Source of the DNA: an uncultured Verrucomicrobiae bacterium
GTDB taxonomy: Bacteria; Verrucomicrobiota; Verrucomicrobiia; Limisphaerales; Palsa-1400
Direction: 5' to 3'
NCBI GenBank assembly: GCA_963707025.1
Contig: CAVPOM010000003.1
Span: 64,001 to 128,000, forward strand
DNA: 64,000 bases
The notes beneath the pieces were generated by a model that saw nothing but the letters and a program-made list of their open reading frames with translations, had not been told where the DNA came from and ran no database searches. A program made the position numbers and the translations under genes. Shown here one piece after another: positions 19,756-30,297 of this stretch (position 1 is its first letter; each line of letters begins with the position of its first letter).

Positions 19756-20379
19756 CTATATCCAGACCGTTTGGCGGCCTTGCACGCGAATGGCCCCGCG
19801 GGCCAGGGCCGCAATCGTCGCCGGGTAAACCACCCGCTCGGCCTCCTGGATGCGGGCGTGCAGGGTGGCGGGGGTGTCGTCCGGCAGGACCGGCACGGTG
19901 CGCTGGGCGATGATCGGCCCGCTGTCAACGCCCTGGTCCACAAAGTGAACGGTGGCGCCGGTGAATTTGACGCCGTAATCCAGGGCCTGTTTCCAGGCTT
20001 CCAGGCCGGGAAAAGCCGGCAGCAGCGCGGGATGGATATTGACCACGCGCTGGGCAAAGGCCCCCAAAAACCCGCCTTTCAAAATGCGCATGAACCCGGC
20101 CAGCGCCACCAGGTCAACCCTGGCCTCTTGCAGCGCGCGGACGTAAGCGGCCTCGGCTGCTTCATCCAATTTGGCGCGGAATTTTCCGGGCGCGATAAAA
20201 ACCGCCGGCAGGCCGCGCGCGCGCGCCTGCTGCAAAATGCCGGCGTCGGCCACGTCGCTCAGGACGATGGCGACTTGGGCGGGGATTTGGCCGGAGGCGC
20301 AGGCGTCGGCAATGGCGGCGGCGTTGGAGCCTTTGCCGGAACCAAGGAGGCCGAGCCGGAATTCTTTGCCGCCACTCAT
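19756..20379 (-). CDS. purN: Phosphoribosylglycinamide formyltransferase
   Basis: SGKGSN, LAGFMRIL, NIHPALLPAFPG and GATVHFVDQGVDSGPII. Confidence 0.96.
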   Translation of the reverse strand: MSGGKEFRLGLLGSGKGSNAAAIADACASGQIPAQVAIVLSDVADAGILQQARARGLPAVFIAPGKFRAKLDEAAEAAYVRALQEARVDLVALAGFMRILKGGFLGAFAQRVVNIHPALLPAFPGLEAWKQALDYGVKFTGATVHFVDQGVDSGPIIAQRTVPVLPDDTPATLHARIQEAERVVYPATIAALARGAIRVQGRQTVWI

Positions 20380-20621
20380 GCCTCTTACATTCCTCAGAAC
20401 GGCGCAATGCGCAAGCCTGAAGCGAAGGCGGCGGGGATGGGGAAGGCCAATGACAAAGGATAAATGCTAAATGATAAATGACAGGAAACCAGCCCGGGCC
20501 AGTGACGGCAAAGCGTTGGCGCCGGTTTGCAAGGGCAGATGGACCGGACGGGTGCGGCCCGGAGGCACTGGATTGTTGTGTTTCAATTAACGAACCGGCT
20601 GGTGTATATTAAAACCCAATC

Positions 20622-21188
20622 ATGAGACTGCCCTCGACCAAGACACTCATTGTTCTCGCAGTCATTTCGCTCATCGGGTGTGGTGTGCTCGCACCAATGT
20701 GGTATCCCGGCCCGATGCCAGTCATCGGTTCAGACGGATTGCCTATGCACGGAGCCGATGGGAAGTTTTTGGTTCATCGCGACATGGCAAAACTCTACCG
20801 AATGTGGATCCCATCGGGAGTATTGTTTGCTTGCGGAGCAGCACTCATTATCTGGTTGGTTGTAAGATTCCTTAAGTTTCTATTTGGCCGATACAGGAAC
20901 GACACAAAAGTGGCTTATGATGCAGTCTGCCAATTTATTGAGCTACGAGACGCTGGCAAACTGCCTGGTCTCGCTCGCGATGATCCCGGCCGAGTGGAGG
21001 CGGATACGATTCCACGGACCAAGCGCGTGAAATACCCGATTTCTGTAGTTCTTCACAAGAAGGTGGAAAAAGACCATTCGCGCCTGAGTTATACGCTCAC
21101 GAAGGAGAGCAGAAAGAACGAATGGCGCCTCGCTAAGGCGTGGCGGACAAAACCGGATGGCCAGCGCGAGGATTTGAAGGTTAATTGA
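20622..21188 (+). CDS. Hypothetical membrane protein, probable integron gene cassette
   Basis: Lower GC than its flanks, two hydrophobic segments, and directly followed by an attC-like site. Confidence 0.6.
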   Translation: MRLPSTKTLIVLAVISLIGCGVLAPMWYPGPMPVIGSDGLPMHGADGKFLVHRDMAKLYRMWIPSGVLFACGAALIIWLVVRFLKFLFGRYRNDTKVAYDAVCQFIELRDAGKLPGLARDDPGRVEADTIPRTKRVKYPISVVLHKKVEKDHSRLSYTLTKESRKNEWRLAKAWRTKPDGQREDLKVN

Positions 21189-21200
21189 CAGGCAACGTTG

Positions 21201-21327
21201 GTCCAACAATTTGCCGCACACGAACTGCCGCCCGCGCTTCGGTTTCGGGAGGCTCTGTTTTTTCCCGGCGCTGGACTCGCTGGCAACGCCGGTTCCCTGC
21301 GGCGGTCAGTGAGCTGAACCGTTAGGG
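21201..21327 (+). other. attC-like integron cassette recombination site
   Basis: R'' GTCCAAC, L'' GCCGCAC, inner stem ACTGCCGC/GCGGCGGT, L' GTGAGC, R' GTTAGG. Confidence 0.75.
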
Positions 21328-21443
21328 TACTCTGCATATGACACCCCGACAGGCTGTGCGACTGGCTGGCGGGACGCCAGCCAGAGAGACCGAGGCGTTC
21401 GCTCTCCCAATTCCAACTGCAAGTGCCCGGGTGAGGAACTTTC

Positions 21444-23261
21444 TTATTTGGCGCTCTTTCTTGTCGCAACCCAGTCCTTGATGCGCTGGTCCAGCACGTC
21501 CAGCGGCAGGGCGCCGCCGTCGAGGACGTGGTCGTGGAATTCGCGCACGTCAAATTTGGGGCCGAGTTGCCCGGTGGCGTAGTCGCGCAGTTCCTTGATT
21601 TTCAACTGGCCCATTTTGTAGGCCAGGGCCTGGCCGGGCCAGGAGATGTAACGATCCACTTCCACAATGATGTCCTGATCGGTCTTGGCGGAGTTTTCGC
21701 GGAAATAATCCATGGCCTGCTGGCGGGTCCAATGCTGGGAATGCAGGCCGGTGTCCACCACCAGCCGGATGGCGCGCCAGACCTCAAAGGTAAGCTGGCC
21801 GAATTTGGAGTAGGGGTCCTTGTAGAAGCCCAGCTCCGTGCCCAATCCCTCGCAGTAAAGCGCCCAGCCTTCCACAAAGGCGGTGTAAGCGCCGTGCCTG
21901 CGGAAATCGGGCATCTCTTCCATTTCCTGGGCGAGGGAGATTTGCAGGTGGTGGCCGGGCACGGATTCGTGCAAGGCCAGCGCTTCCATTTCCCATTTGG
22001 GCCGCATGTCGAGGGCATAAGTATTGACATTAAACCAGCCGGGCCGGCCCGCTTGCGGCGAACCGGGCTGATAGTAAGCGGAGGTTTGCGATTTTTCCAT
22101 GTAGGATGGAATGGCCGTGACGCCGTATTGGGTGCGCGGCAGTTTGCCGAACAGGCGCGACAACTCCGGGTCCACCAGCTTGGCATGGACGCGGTAGGCG
22201 TTGAGCAAATCGTCCTTGTTGGTGTAGAAAAACTTCGGGTCGGTGCGGACATAATTGCAAAACTCCGAAAACGTTCCCTGGAAGCCGGTTTGGGCGATGA
22301 CCTGGTCCATTTCGCCGCGGAGGCGCTTGACTTCGGACAAGCCGATGTCGTGGATTTCCTGCGGGGTCTTCGTGGTGGTGGTTTCGACACGCGCCTGGTA
22401 GGCGTACCAGGCCGGGCCGTCGGGCAATTCGCTCAGGCCGATAGTTTCGCGCGCGCCGGGGAGGTAGCTGTTGGTCATGAAAACGTAGAGCTTGGAGAAG
22501 GCCGGGACGACTTTTTCGCGCAAGGCCGCGGCGGCTTCCTGGCGCAGGCGGGCGCGGTCGGCTGGGGGAAATTGCGGGGGAAATTCGGTGAAGGGCTTGA
22601 CGACGGCGTTTTGCTCCAGGTCATCAATGGTCTGGCTTTTGATCTGGGCGGGCACGTCGCGCAAGGTGATGCGCGGGGGCGTGATGCCGGCGGCCAGGCC
22701 CTTTTGCAGCAGGACGATGGTTTGGTCCACCAGCGCGGGGAGGGCCTGGAGGCGGGCGATCATGTCCTCATAATCCTGCACGGTATGGCGCGGGGCAATG
22801 GCCAGGGTTTCGGGCGCCTGCTGCTGCACCCCGGCCATCTGGGTGATGGCCATGTATTCGCGCGGGAAGCGCGTCCCCTCGACTCGCAGCTCAAGGCCGC
22901 GCTTGAAAAGATCGCAGTTCAATTGATCGGCCGCGCTCAAGGCGGCGCGGTTGATGGAGGCCAGGGCTTGCAGCGGGGCTTGGAGTTCCCGTTGGCGCCG
23001 CGCGATGGCCTGGAGCGATTCGTCCGTCCAGCGGTCATTGAATCCGGGGTAGCCGGCTTCGGTGGCCATTTCCGGGTTTTCGCGCAGATCATAGTCCCAC
23101 TTGATTTTGAAAAGCTGGCGGAGGCGACCGGCGTCATTGCCGGTGGCGGCGGCGATTTTGGCGCAATCCTGTTCAAACGCCGTCGGCGTTTGGGCCGGGG
23201 CGGCAAAACCGCCTGTCAGAATAAGGGCCATCGCAAAGACAGTTTTGTCAATTCGATTCAT
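21444..23261 (-). CDS. DUF885-family exported metallopeptidase-like protein
   Basis: LALHESVPGHHLQ, AFVEGWALY, RLVVDTGLH and PGQALAYKMG. Confidence 0.92.
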   Translation of the reverse strand: MNRIDKTVFAMALILTGGFAAPAQTPTAFEQDCAKIAAATGNDAGRLRQLFKIKWDYDLRENPEMATEAGYPGFNDRWTDESLQAIARRQRELQAPLQALASINRAALSAADQLNCDLFKRGLELRVEGTRFPREYMAITQMAGVQQQAPETLAIAPRHTVQDYEDMIARLQALPALVDQTIVLLQKGLAAGITPPRITLRDVPAQIKSQTIDDLEQNAVVKPFTEFPPQFPPADRARLRQEAAAALREKVVPAFSKLYVFMTNSYLPGARETIGLSELPDGPAWYAYQARVETTTTKTPQEIHDIGLSEVKRLRGEMDQVIAQTGFQGTFSEFCNYVRTDPKFFYTNKDDLLNAYRVHAKLVDPELSRLFGKLPRTQYGVTAIPSYMEKSQTSAYYQPGSPQAGRPGWFNVNTYALDMRPKWEMEALALHESVPGHHLQISLAQEMEEMPDFRRHGAYTAFVEGWALYCEGLGTELGFYKDPYSKFGQLTFEVWRAIRLVVDTGLHSQHWTRQQAMDYFRENSAKTDQDIIVEVDRYISWPGQALAYKMGQLKIKELRDYATGQLGPKFDVREFHDHVLDGGALPLDVLDQRIKDWVATRKSAK

Positions 23262-23316
23262 GCGGCGGACAATACGCAAAAGCCGTCCCAATCCGCAATG
23301 GGAATGAAGTCACATA

Positions 23317-23387
23317 GCCGCAAAAGAACAAATGCAACACAAGGAAAAACGCCTTTTCTCTTGCCATCCTTGCGTTCCTTTGCGGCC
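23317..23387. repeat. Inverted repeat in the divergent intergenic region
   Basis: GCCGCAAAAGAAC…CAAGGA / TCCTTGCGTTCCTTTGCGGC. Confidence 0.6.
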
Positions 23388-23473
23388 ATCAATCTGCAAT
23401 TGGCAATGCGCCCTGCGCAATGGAAAAACCGCTCTGGCATTGCGCCGGCTCAAGGGCTATGCTCCCGCCACAG

Positions 23474-25557
23474 ATGAAATTACTCAACCTTGCTGTTTTG
23501 TCGTTCACCCTGGTGCTGGTGGCGCGGGCGGATGAGGGGATGTGGCTGTTTAATCAACCGCCCCGCCAAATCCTGCGCGAGCGTTATCAATTCGAGGCCA
23601 GCGACCCCTGGCTGGAACATCTGCAAAAAGCTTCCATCCGCTTCAACTCCGGCGGCTCGGGCAGTTTCGTGAGCGAGGACGGGCTGTTGATTTCCAACCA
23701 TCACGTCGGGGCCGACGCTTTGCAAAAATTCAGCACGCCGGCAAAGAATTACCTCAAGACCGGCTTCTACGCGCGCACCCTGGCCGAGGAAATCAAATGC
23801 CTGGACCTGGAGCTTAACGTTCTCCAGTCCGTCGAAGATGTCACCACGCGGGTCAACGCCGCCGTGCCCGCCAGCGCCGATGCCGCCGCCGCCTTCCTGG
23901 CGCGGCGCAAGGTGATTGCGGACATCGAAAAGGAGTCGCTGGACAAGACGGGGCTGCGCTCGGATGTGGTCACGCTCTGGCAGGGTGGGGCGTATCATCT
24001 CTATCGCTACAAGCGCTACACGGACGTGCGGCTGGTCTTTGCGCCCGAGCAGCAGATTGCGTTTTACGGAGGTGACCCGGACAATTTTGAGTTCCCGCGC
24101 TACGACCTGGACATCTGCCTGTTCCGCGCCTACGAAAACGGACAGCCGGCCCAGGTGAAGGATTACCTGCGCTTTTCCCGGCCGGCCCGCGCGACGGGGA
24201 ACTGGTTTTGGTCTCCGGCCATCCCGGCGGGACCAGCCGGATGCTGACGATGGCGGAATTGGAGTGTCTGCGCGACCAGGCGCTGCCCTTTCGCCTGGGC
24301 GTGCTCAAGCGTTTGGAAGTGTTGGTGGGAACCTGGAGCAATCGCACCGAGGAAAACGCCCGGCGCGCGCGCGAGCTTTTCTTCGGCATTCAAAACAGCC
24401 GCAAAGCCATTGACGGCCGTCTGGCCGGATTGCTCGATCCTGATTTGATGGGACCCAAAGCCAAGGCGGAGGAGGAATTCAAATTGACGGTAAGAGTAGG
24501 CCCTGATGGTGTCGGGAGCTTCCCCGAAGCCCTCGCCGCCTACGATAGAATTGCCCAGGCGACCACCACGCTGGCCGCGCAGGCGGTTCGTCAATACTTG
24601 CTCGAAAGCGCCCAGGGTTTCAACTGCGAGAGCTTCCGCCTGGCCCGCACTCTGTTGCGCGCCGGCGAGGAACGCCCCAAACCCAACGGCGAGCGGCTGC
24701 GCGAGTATTCCGACTCCGGCAAAATTTCCCTCGAACTGGCCCTTTTCTCGGAAGAGCCAATTTACAACGACATGGAAATCCTCACCCTTGCCGACTCGCT
24801 CACCTTCCTGGCCACGACGTTTGGCGACAACGATGAACTTGTGCAAAAAGTGCTGGCCGGCAAATCGCCGCGCGACCGGGCGGTGGAGTTGATCAACACC
24901 ACCAAGGTGCGCGACGTGGCCTTCCGCAAACAGCTTTACGAGGGCGGCGCCAGCGCGGTGACGGCGGCGCATGATCCCATGATCGAATTGGCGCGGCTGA
25001 TTGATCCGGCGGCGCGCTCGCTGCGCAAAGTTTCCGATGAACAAAACGAAATCAAACAACAGGCCCACGCCGCGCTGGCGCGCGCGCGCAACGCCTTGCT
25101 GGGCAACGAGGGCTATCCTGACGCGACCTTCACCCTGCGGCTGTCCTTCGGCACGGTCAAAGGCTACGAGGAACAGGGCCAGCCCGTGCCCGCCATCACT
25201 ACCATGGCCGGCATCTACCAGCGGGCCAGGGAGATGAACAACCGCCCGCCCTTCGATCTGCCGCCGCTCTGGGAAAAGCGCAAAGCCAAGCTGAATTTGA
25301 GCACGCCGTTGAATTTCGTGAGCACGGACGACATCATCGGCGGCAATTCGGGCAGCCCGGTGGTGAACCGGGCCGGGGAGTTTGTGGGGATTATATTTGA
25401 CGGAAACCTGGAGGGCCTGCCGTGGGACTACGCCTTCAGCGACAAGCAGGGCCGGGCCACCTCCGTCGCCTCCCCCGCCATCCTGGAAGCGTTGAACAAG
25501 GTGTACCAAGCCAAGGACCTGGCCAAAGAACTGGTCACGGGCCACCGGGCGCGTTAG
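23474..25557 (+). CDS. S46-family dipeptidyl peptidase (single frameshift near 24177-24180)
   Basis: ADEGMW, SGSFVS, SNHHV, PDATFTLRLSFG and DIIGGNSGSP. The two ORFs join if one C is added in the tccc run. Confidence 0.9.
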
Positions 25558-25965
25558 CCCGGTCGCTGACCCCTAATCCTGATCTTGAGCCACGCGTTGA
25601 CTCACGGCAAAACCTTACCGAAGGAGCCGAAGAGTCGTCTAAATTTTCTTAATATTAATTCTCTTGACTTTTTGGCTTTTGTGAATTTAGCCTATGGGCA
25701 TTGCAGCTTTCAATGCCCATAGGCTCAATTTTGATTTTTGATTTAATACCCCTTCCAGTTCGAATTCGCACTATTGCCAAAATCGAAGGAGTGAGTTTTG
25801 GTTCAGCGGCGGGACCGGGTTTTGATGCAACGGAGGGTGTGAAGTCTGGTTTAGAAGAGCTGTGATTTTTGGTTCCACACGGGGAGTGAGCTTGCGGGTG
25901 CGGCACGACAGGGTGATTACATTTGATTGACCTGGCGCGTCGCCGGATTATATTGGCTGCCTTTT

Positions 25966-27558
25966 ATGAATATTCTGGTTTGCGACCCGATCTCGCCAAA
26001 AGGCATCGCGCTCCTGCAACGGTGCAAGGAGTTCCAAGTCACTGTGCTCAAGCAGAAACTGCCGGAGGCCGAGCTGCTCCCGCTGGTCAAGGAGGCCCAT
26101 GCCCTGGTCGTCCGTTCCGAGACCAAGGTCACCAAGAATGTCATTGCCGCCGCCCCCCATCTTCTGGTCGTCGGCCGCGCCGGAGTGGGAGTGGACAACG
26201 TGGATGTGGACGCGGCCACGGCCCGGGGCATTGTGGTGATGAACACTCCCGGAGGCAACACCATCTCCACGGCGGAGCTGACCTTTTCCATGCTCATGGC
26301 CCTGGCCCGGAAGATTCCGCAGGCTCATGCCTCCATGAAGGAGAGCAAATGGAGCCGCAAGGATTTTCAAGGCACCGAACTTTACAACAAAACCCTCGGC
26401 ATCCTTGGCATGGGCCGCATTGGCACCGAAGTGGCCAAACGCGCCCTGGCTTTTGGCATGAAGGTCATGGCCTACGACCCCTACCTTTCGCTGGCCCGGG
26501 CCAAGGCTTTGCAGGTGGATTTGAAGGAAGACGTGGACGACCTTTATCGCGAATCCGCTTTCATCACCGTCCACATGCCGATGACCGATGAAACCCGGGG
26601 CATGGTCAACGCCGCCGCCTTTGCCAAAATGACCAAGGGGGTGCGCGTGCTCAATTGCGCGCGCGGCGGCATCATCAACGAAGCCGATCTGTGCGCCGCC
26701 ATTCAATCCGGCCAAGTGGGGGGGGCCGCCCTGGATGTCTATGAAGTCGAGCCGCCGCCGGCCGATTTTCCGTTGCGCCAGTTGCCCCAAGTCATCATGA
26801 CGCCGCACCTGGGGGCCAGCACGCAGGAAGCCCAGGAAAACGTCGGGATCGAAGTGGCCAACACCATCATTGATTTCCTGGTCAACGGCGCCGTGCGCAA
26901 TGCCCTCAACCTGCCCAATCTGGATGCCCAAACCTATCAGGCCGTCAAACCCTTCCTGGTTCTGGGCGAAAAGCTGGGGCGCCTGCTGGCCCAGCTTGCC
27001 CCCAAACGCAATGACCGCCTGATCATCACCTATGGCGGCAAGGCCTCCGAGTTGCCAACCGATCCGATCACCCGCGCCGTGCTCAAAGGCTTCCTCGAAC
27101 TGCCGGGCGGCCAGGAGGTCAACCAGGTCAACGTCCGCAGCGCCGCCGCCTCCCTGGGCCTGTTGATTGAAGAAATCAAATCCAGCGAAGCGACCGACTT
27201 CAGCGAATGGCTCCATGTGGCCGCGCATTCCGGGGAAGAAAGAACCTCCGCCGGCGGCAGCGTTTTCGGGACGAAAAACCTGCCGCGCATCGTGCGCCTT
27301 TTCGGCCAGCCGGTGGAGATTGTCCCCGAGGGCGTCCTGTTTCTGATGAACAACAAAGACCGGCCCGGCATCGTCGGCTACATCGGCACGCTCCTGGGCA
27401 AGCACCGCATCAACATTGCCAGCATGAGCCTGAGCCGCGACGCCGCCGGGGGCAAGGCCCTCACCGTTTTAAATCTGGACAGCGTGCCGCCTCCCGCCCT
27501 GCTCCAGGAAATCCAAAAAGACCCGGACATCAGCAACATCCGCGTGGTCAAACTTTGA
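25966..27558 (+). CDS. serA: D-3-phosphoglycerate dehydrogenase
   Basis: GRAGVGVDNVD, GMGRIG, NCARGG and TPHLGAST, plus a C-terminal ACT domain. Confidence 0.96.
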   Translation: MNILVCDPISPKGIALLQRCKEFQVTVLKQKLPEAELLPLVKEAHALVVRSETKVTKNVIAAAPHLLVVGRAGVGVDNVDVDAATARGIVVMNTPGGNTISTAELTFSMLMALARKIPQAHASMKESKWSRKDFQGTELYNKTLGILGMGRIGTEVAKRALAFGMKVMAYDPYLSLARAKALQVDLKEDVDDLYRESAFITVHMPMTDETRGMVNAAAFAKMTKGVRVLNCARGGIINEADLCAAIQSGQVGGAALDVYEVEPPPADFPLRQLPQVIMTPHLGASTQEAQENVGIEVANTIIDFLVNGAVRNALNLPNLDAQTYQAVKPFLVLGEKLGRLLAQLAPKRNDRLIITYGGKASELPTDPITRAVLKGFLELPGGQEVNQVNVRSAAASLGLLIEEIKSSEATDFSEWLHVAAHSGEERTSAGGSVFGTKNLPRIVRLFGQPVEIVPEGVLFLMNNKDRPGIVGYIGTLLGKHRINIASMSLSRDAAGGKALTVLNLDSVPPPALLQEIQKDPDISNIRVVKL

Positions 27559-27586
27559 ACGGTTGGCCGCTTTGACCGCTCTCAAC

Positions 27587-28696
27587 ATGATGACTCGATT
27601 TCCCAGGCCGCGCCTTCTCCCGGCCGCCGCCGCCCTGTCCCTCTTCGCCCTGGCCTGGCCTGCCTCCGCCCAGGACAAGTCTGCCGACGCTCTTTTCCCC
27701 GACCCCGTTGTGGCCACCGGCAAGGGCTTTGCCATCAAGCACAGCACGGTGCAGGACGCGTTTATCACCGAAAAAAACCTGGTGGCGCAGCAGCAAAATG
27801 TCATCATTCCCGAAAGCGACCGCCCGCGGGTCGAGTCGGACCTCCTCCTGCACCTGGTGGTGGACAAGATTTTGGTGCAGAAAGCCACCGAGGACGAAAA
27901 AGCCAGGATGCGCGAGGACGTGACGAAGTATATTGAGGATATCCGCAAGGCCGCGCCCAGCGAAGAGCTTTTTCAACAACAAATCAAGGCCTCCGGCAAG
28001 ACCCTGGAGGAGATCAAGGCCGCTTACCTGGAAAAAAAGCTGGCCCGGCTCGTTCTGGTCCGCGAATTGGTGCCGAGCAATGCCGTGTCGGACGAGGCCG
28101 TCAAAAAATTCTATGAGGACGAAAAAAATGCCACCAACTTCGCCATCCCGGAACTGGTTCATGTGGCCCACATTCTCATTTCCGAGATTGACCCGGCGAC
28201 CAAGCAATCGCTCCCGCCCGACAAGAGGCGGGAGAAGGAAAAACTGGCCCGGGAAGTCAGGACCCGGGCCGAAAACGGGGAGGATTTCGCGGCCCTGGCC
28301 AGGCAATACTCCGACGATATCAGCACCAAGGACAAGGGCGGCGAGCACACCTTTGCCCGCCATGCCATGCCGCCCGCGCTCGAAGGATTCGAGGCCGCCG
28401 CTTTTTCCCTCAAGACCAACCAAATCAGCGATCTGGTCGAGACCCCCTTCGGCTTTCACATTATCAAGCTTCTGGAAAAACTGCCTCCGTCCCGGATGCC
28501 TTTCGACAAAGTCTCGGCCGGCATCAAGGATTACCTGGCCAACGCGGAAATCAACAAACAACTTCCCGCCTACATCCCCAAGATCGAGGCGGAGTACGAC
28601 GTCAAGTTCCTCATGCCGGGCTATTCACCCACTCCCCTGGTCGCGCCCGCCACAAATGCCCCGCCCGCCGCTGTCCCCGGCGCTGACAAGAAGTAA
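27587..28696 (+). CDS. Parvulin-type peptidyl-prolyl isomerase (PrsA/SurA-like)
   Basis: Signal peptide; VAHILI, FAALARQYSDD, FEAAAFSL and VETPFGFHIIK. Confidence 0.9.
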   Translation: MMTRFPRPRLLPAAAALSLFALAWPASAQDKSADALFPDPVVATGKGFAIKHSTVQDAFITEKNLVAQQQNVIIPESDRPRVESDLLLHLVVDKILVQKATEDEKARMREDVTKYIEDIRKAAPSEELFQQQIKASGKTLEEIKAAYLEKKLARLVLVRELVPSNAVSDEAVKKFYEDEKNATNFAIPELVHVAHILISEIDPATKQSLPPDKRREKEKLAREVRTRAENGEDFAALARQYSDDISTKDKGGEHTFARHAMPPALEGFEAAAFSLKTNQISDLVETPFGFHIIKLLEKLPPSRMPFDKVSAGIKDYLANAEINKQLPAYIPKIEAEYDVKFLMPGYSPTPLVAPATNAPPAAVPGADKK

Positions 28697-28718
28697 GAAT
28701 GGGTCCGCCCCGCTTGAA

Positions 28719-30194
28719 CTATTTCGCTTTTTCCACCACCAGCATTTCGACGGGCGCTCGTCCGGGAATAAAGTCCAAGCCGAGCTGCTCACTCACAGCT
28801 TTCGTAATGGCATCAAAACTGTAGTTCATTGCATCCCATTTCAGGTCATAATCGTAAGAATTGGTAAGCCCGGTCTGGTCCACAATGGGAATCGTCCCTT
28901 TCCCTTCCACCCAATTAGCCAAACTCGACATCCCAGGTTGACGATAAGCCATCAGCTTGCCTTGCAGCTCGCCGAACGATCCTTGTCCCGGGCGGTCCAA
29001 CTTTAGACCGGTTGCGTTGGGGTCTCTGATTTTGAGAAACAATACGTTCGTTTCTATGGTTTCATGCCTTGCGACGATGCCGAATTGTTTTCTTATCAAC
29101 CGTTGCATGGCTTCTCTTTGGCCGGACGGAATGCTCGCAATGTAGTCGTACCCGCCTTCTGGAAGCGTTGTCAAAAGAATCGTTCGGCAACGATTGATCC
29201 CTCGTTCACTGTCTCCATAGGCATTGGCTACAATCCCGGCCATGTCCGAATTGAGTGCCCACTTTTTGCCGTCAACAGCATTCATGCCGTAACCTCCTTT
29301 TGGAAATTTCGATGGAAGGATCTTCACCAGCGGCGGAGCTTTGTCCAAATCTCGCGTTGACCTCCACGTATTCACCTGCCACGGATAATTCTCATTTTCG
29401 TATCGGTGAATCTCTTTCACTGTGACGGTTGTTGTCCCAGTGGCAAGCAACAAGACCACACCAACCACGATTGTCGTTTTTGCTTTTGTCCATGCCATAA
29501 GTTTCAATGCTCCTTTGATGAGGGTTAAGGTTGATGCGCTGGCCGCCGCGCCCTTGGCCATCGCCACGGCGGTGACAGTGCTTGCCAGCGCCGCGGGCGC
29601 GGCTTGAACGGAATGGGAGGCAATCGCCCCGGCGATGATGGCGGTGGTGGAACTGACGCCGCGTTTGCAGAAAAATTTTCGCAACTTATCCAGGGCGCGG
29701 CTGACCCGTTTCTTGGCGGCGTCCTCGCTCGCGCCCAGGGCCGCCCCGACTTCCTGCAAGCTGCGTCCCTCAAAGAAACGCAGCACCAGCGCATCGCGAT
29801 CGGCCTGGCTGAGCCGCAGCATCGCCTCCTCCAACAGCGGTGACAATTGTTGCCAGGCCGCATCCGCCTGGGTTTCCTCAAGTGTGGATTGCATATAGGC
29901 CTCCTGTTCGCGCTGCCGGCGGCGATATTCCCGTTTGAGCGCGCTCCTGGAGACATGGCAGGCGGCGCGGTAAAGCCAACTGGGCAGAATGGTCCTTTGG
30001 TTGAGCGAGCCGGCCTTGCGCGCCAGAATAATGAAGACGGCCTGGGTGATTTCCTCGGCCAAGTGCGGATCGCGCCCCAGCCGCAGGGCCGCCGAATAAA
30101 CCAGATTGGCATGACGCGCCACCAGCGCGGCAAAGGCGCTCTCGGACTGATGGGCGGCGTATTGCCGCACCAGTTCAATGTCATCGGCGGTCAT
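28719..30194 (-). CDS. ECF sigma factor fused via a TM segment to a C-terminal extracytoplasmic domain
   Basis: Sigma2 (AEEITQAVFIILARKA) and sigma4 (DRDALVLRFFEGRSLQEVG…KKRVSRAL). The C-terminus PIVDQTGLT..YD..L.W…QLGL…VEMLVVEK is of the TIGR03435-like type. Confidence 0.88.
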   Translation of the reverse strand: MTADDIELVRQYAAHQSESAFAALVARHANLVYSAALRLGRDPHLAEEITQAVFIILARKAGSLNQRTILPSWLYRAACHVSRSALKREYRRRQREQEAYMQSTLEETQADAAWQQLSPLLEEAMLRLSQADRDALVLRFFEGRSLQEVGAALGASEDAAKKRVSRALDKLRKFFCKRGVSSTTAIIAGAIASHSVQAAPAALASTVTAVAMAKGAAASASTLTLIKGALKLMAWTKAKTTIVVGVVLLLATGTTTVTVKEIHRYENENYPWQVNTWRSTRDLDKAPPLVKILPSKFPKGGYGMNAVDGKKWALNSDMAGIVANAYGDSERGINRCRTILLTTLPEGGYDYIASIPSGQREAMQRLIRKQFGIVARHETIETNVLFLKIRDPNATGLKLDRPGQGSFGELQGKLMAYRQPGMSSLANWVEGKGTIPIVDQTGLTNSYDYDLKWDAMNYSFDAITKAVSEQLGLDFIPGRAPVEMLVVEKAK

Positions 30195-30297
30195 TCACCC
30201 TATTCATGCACGCCCAAAGGAAAAAAGGGACAAACAATTTACACCTAATGAGACCTCTGCAAAACGCGCGTCCACGATTGTAGCGGCGGTCTGCGAC

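Noticed and set aside
20517..20531. TGGCGCCGGTTTGCA as a sigma54 promoter
   Set aside because: The GG-to-GC spacing is one base short of the strict -24/-12 requirement.
21528..23477. Long antisense ORFs (also 3447-5372, 25948-27405, 39035-40360, 42558-44075)
   Set aside because: They are mirror frames of well-supported genes, expected from high-GC codon bias.
25655..25906. 83-aa minus-strand ORF between the S46 peptidase and serA
   Set aside because: No recognisable motif, partly built from hexamer-repeat-like DNA; coding status cannot be supported.
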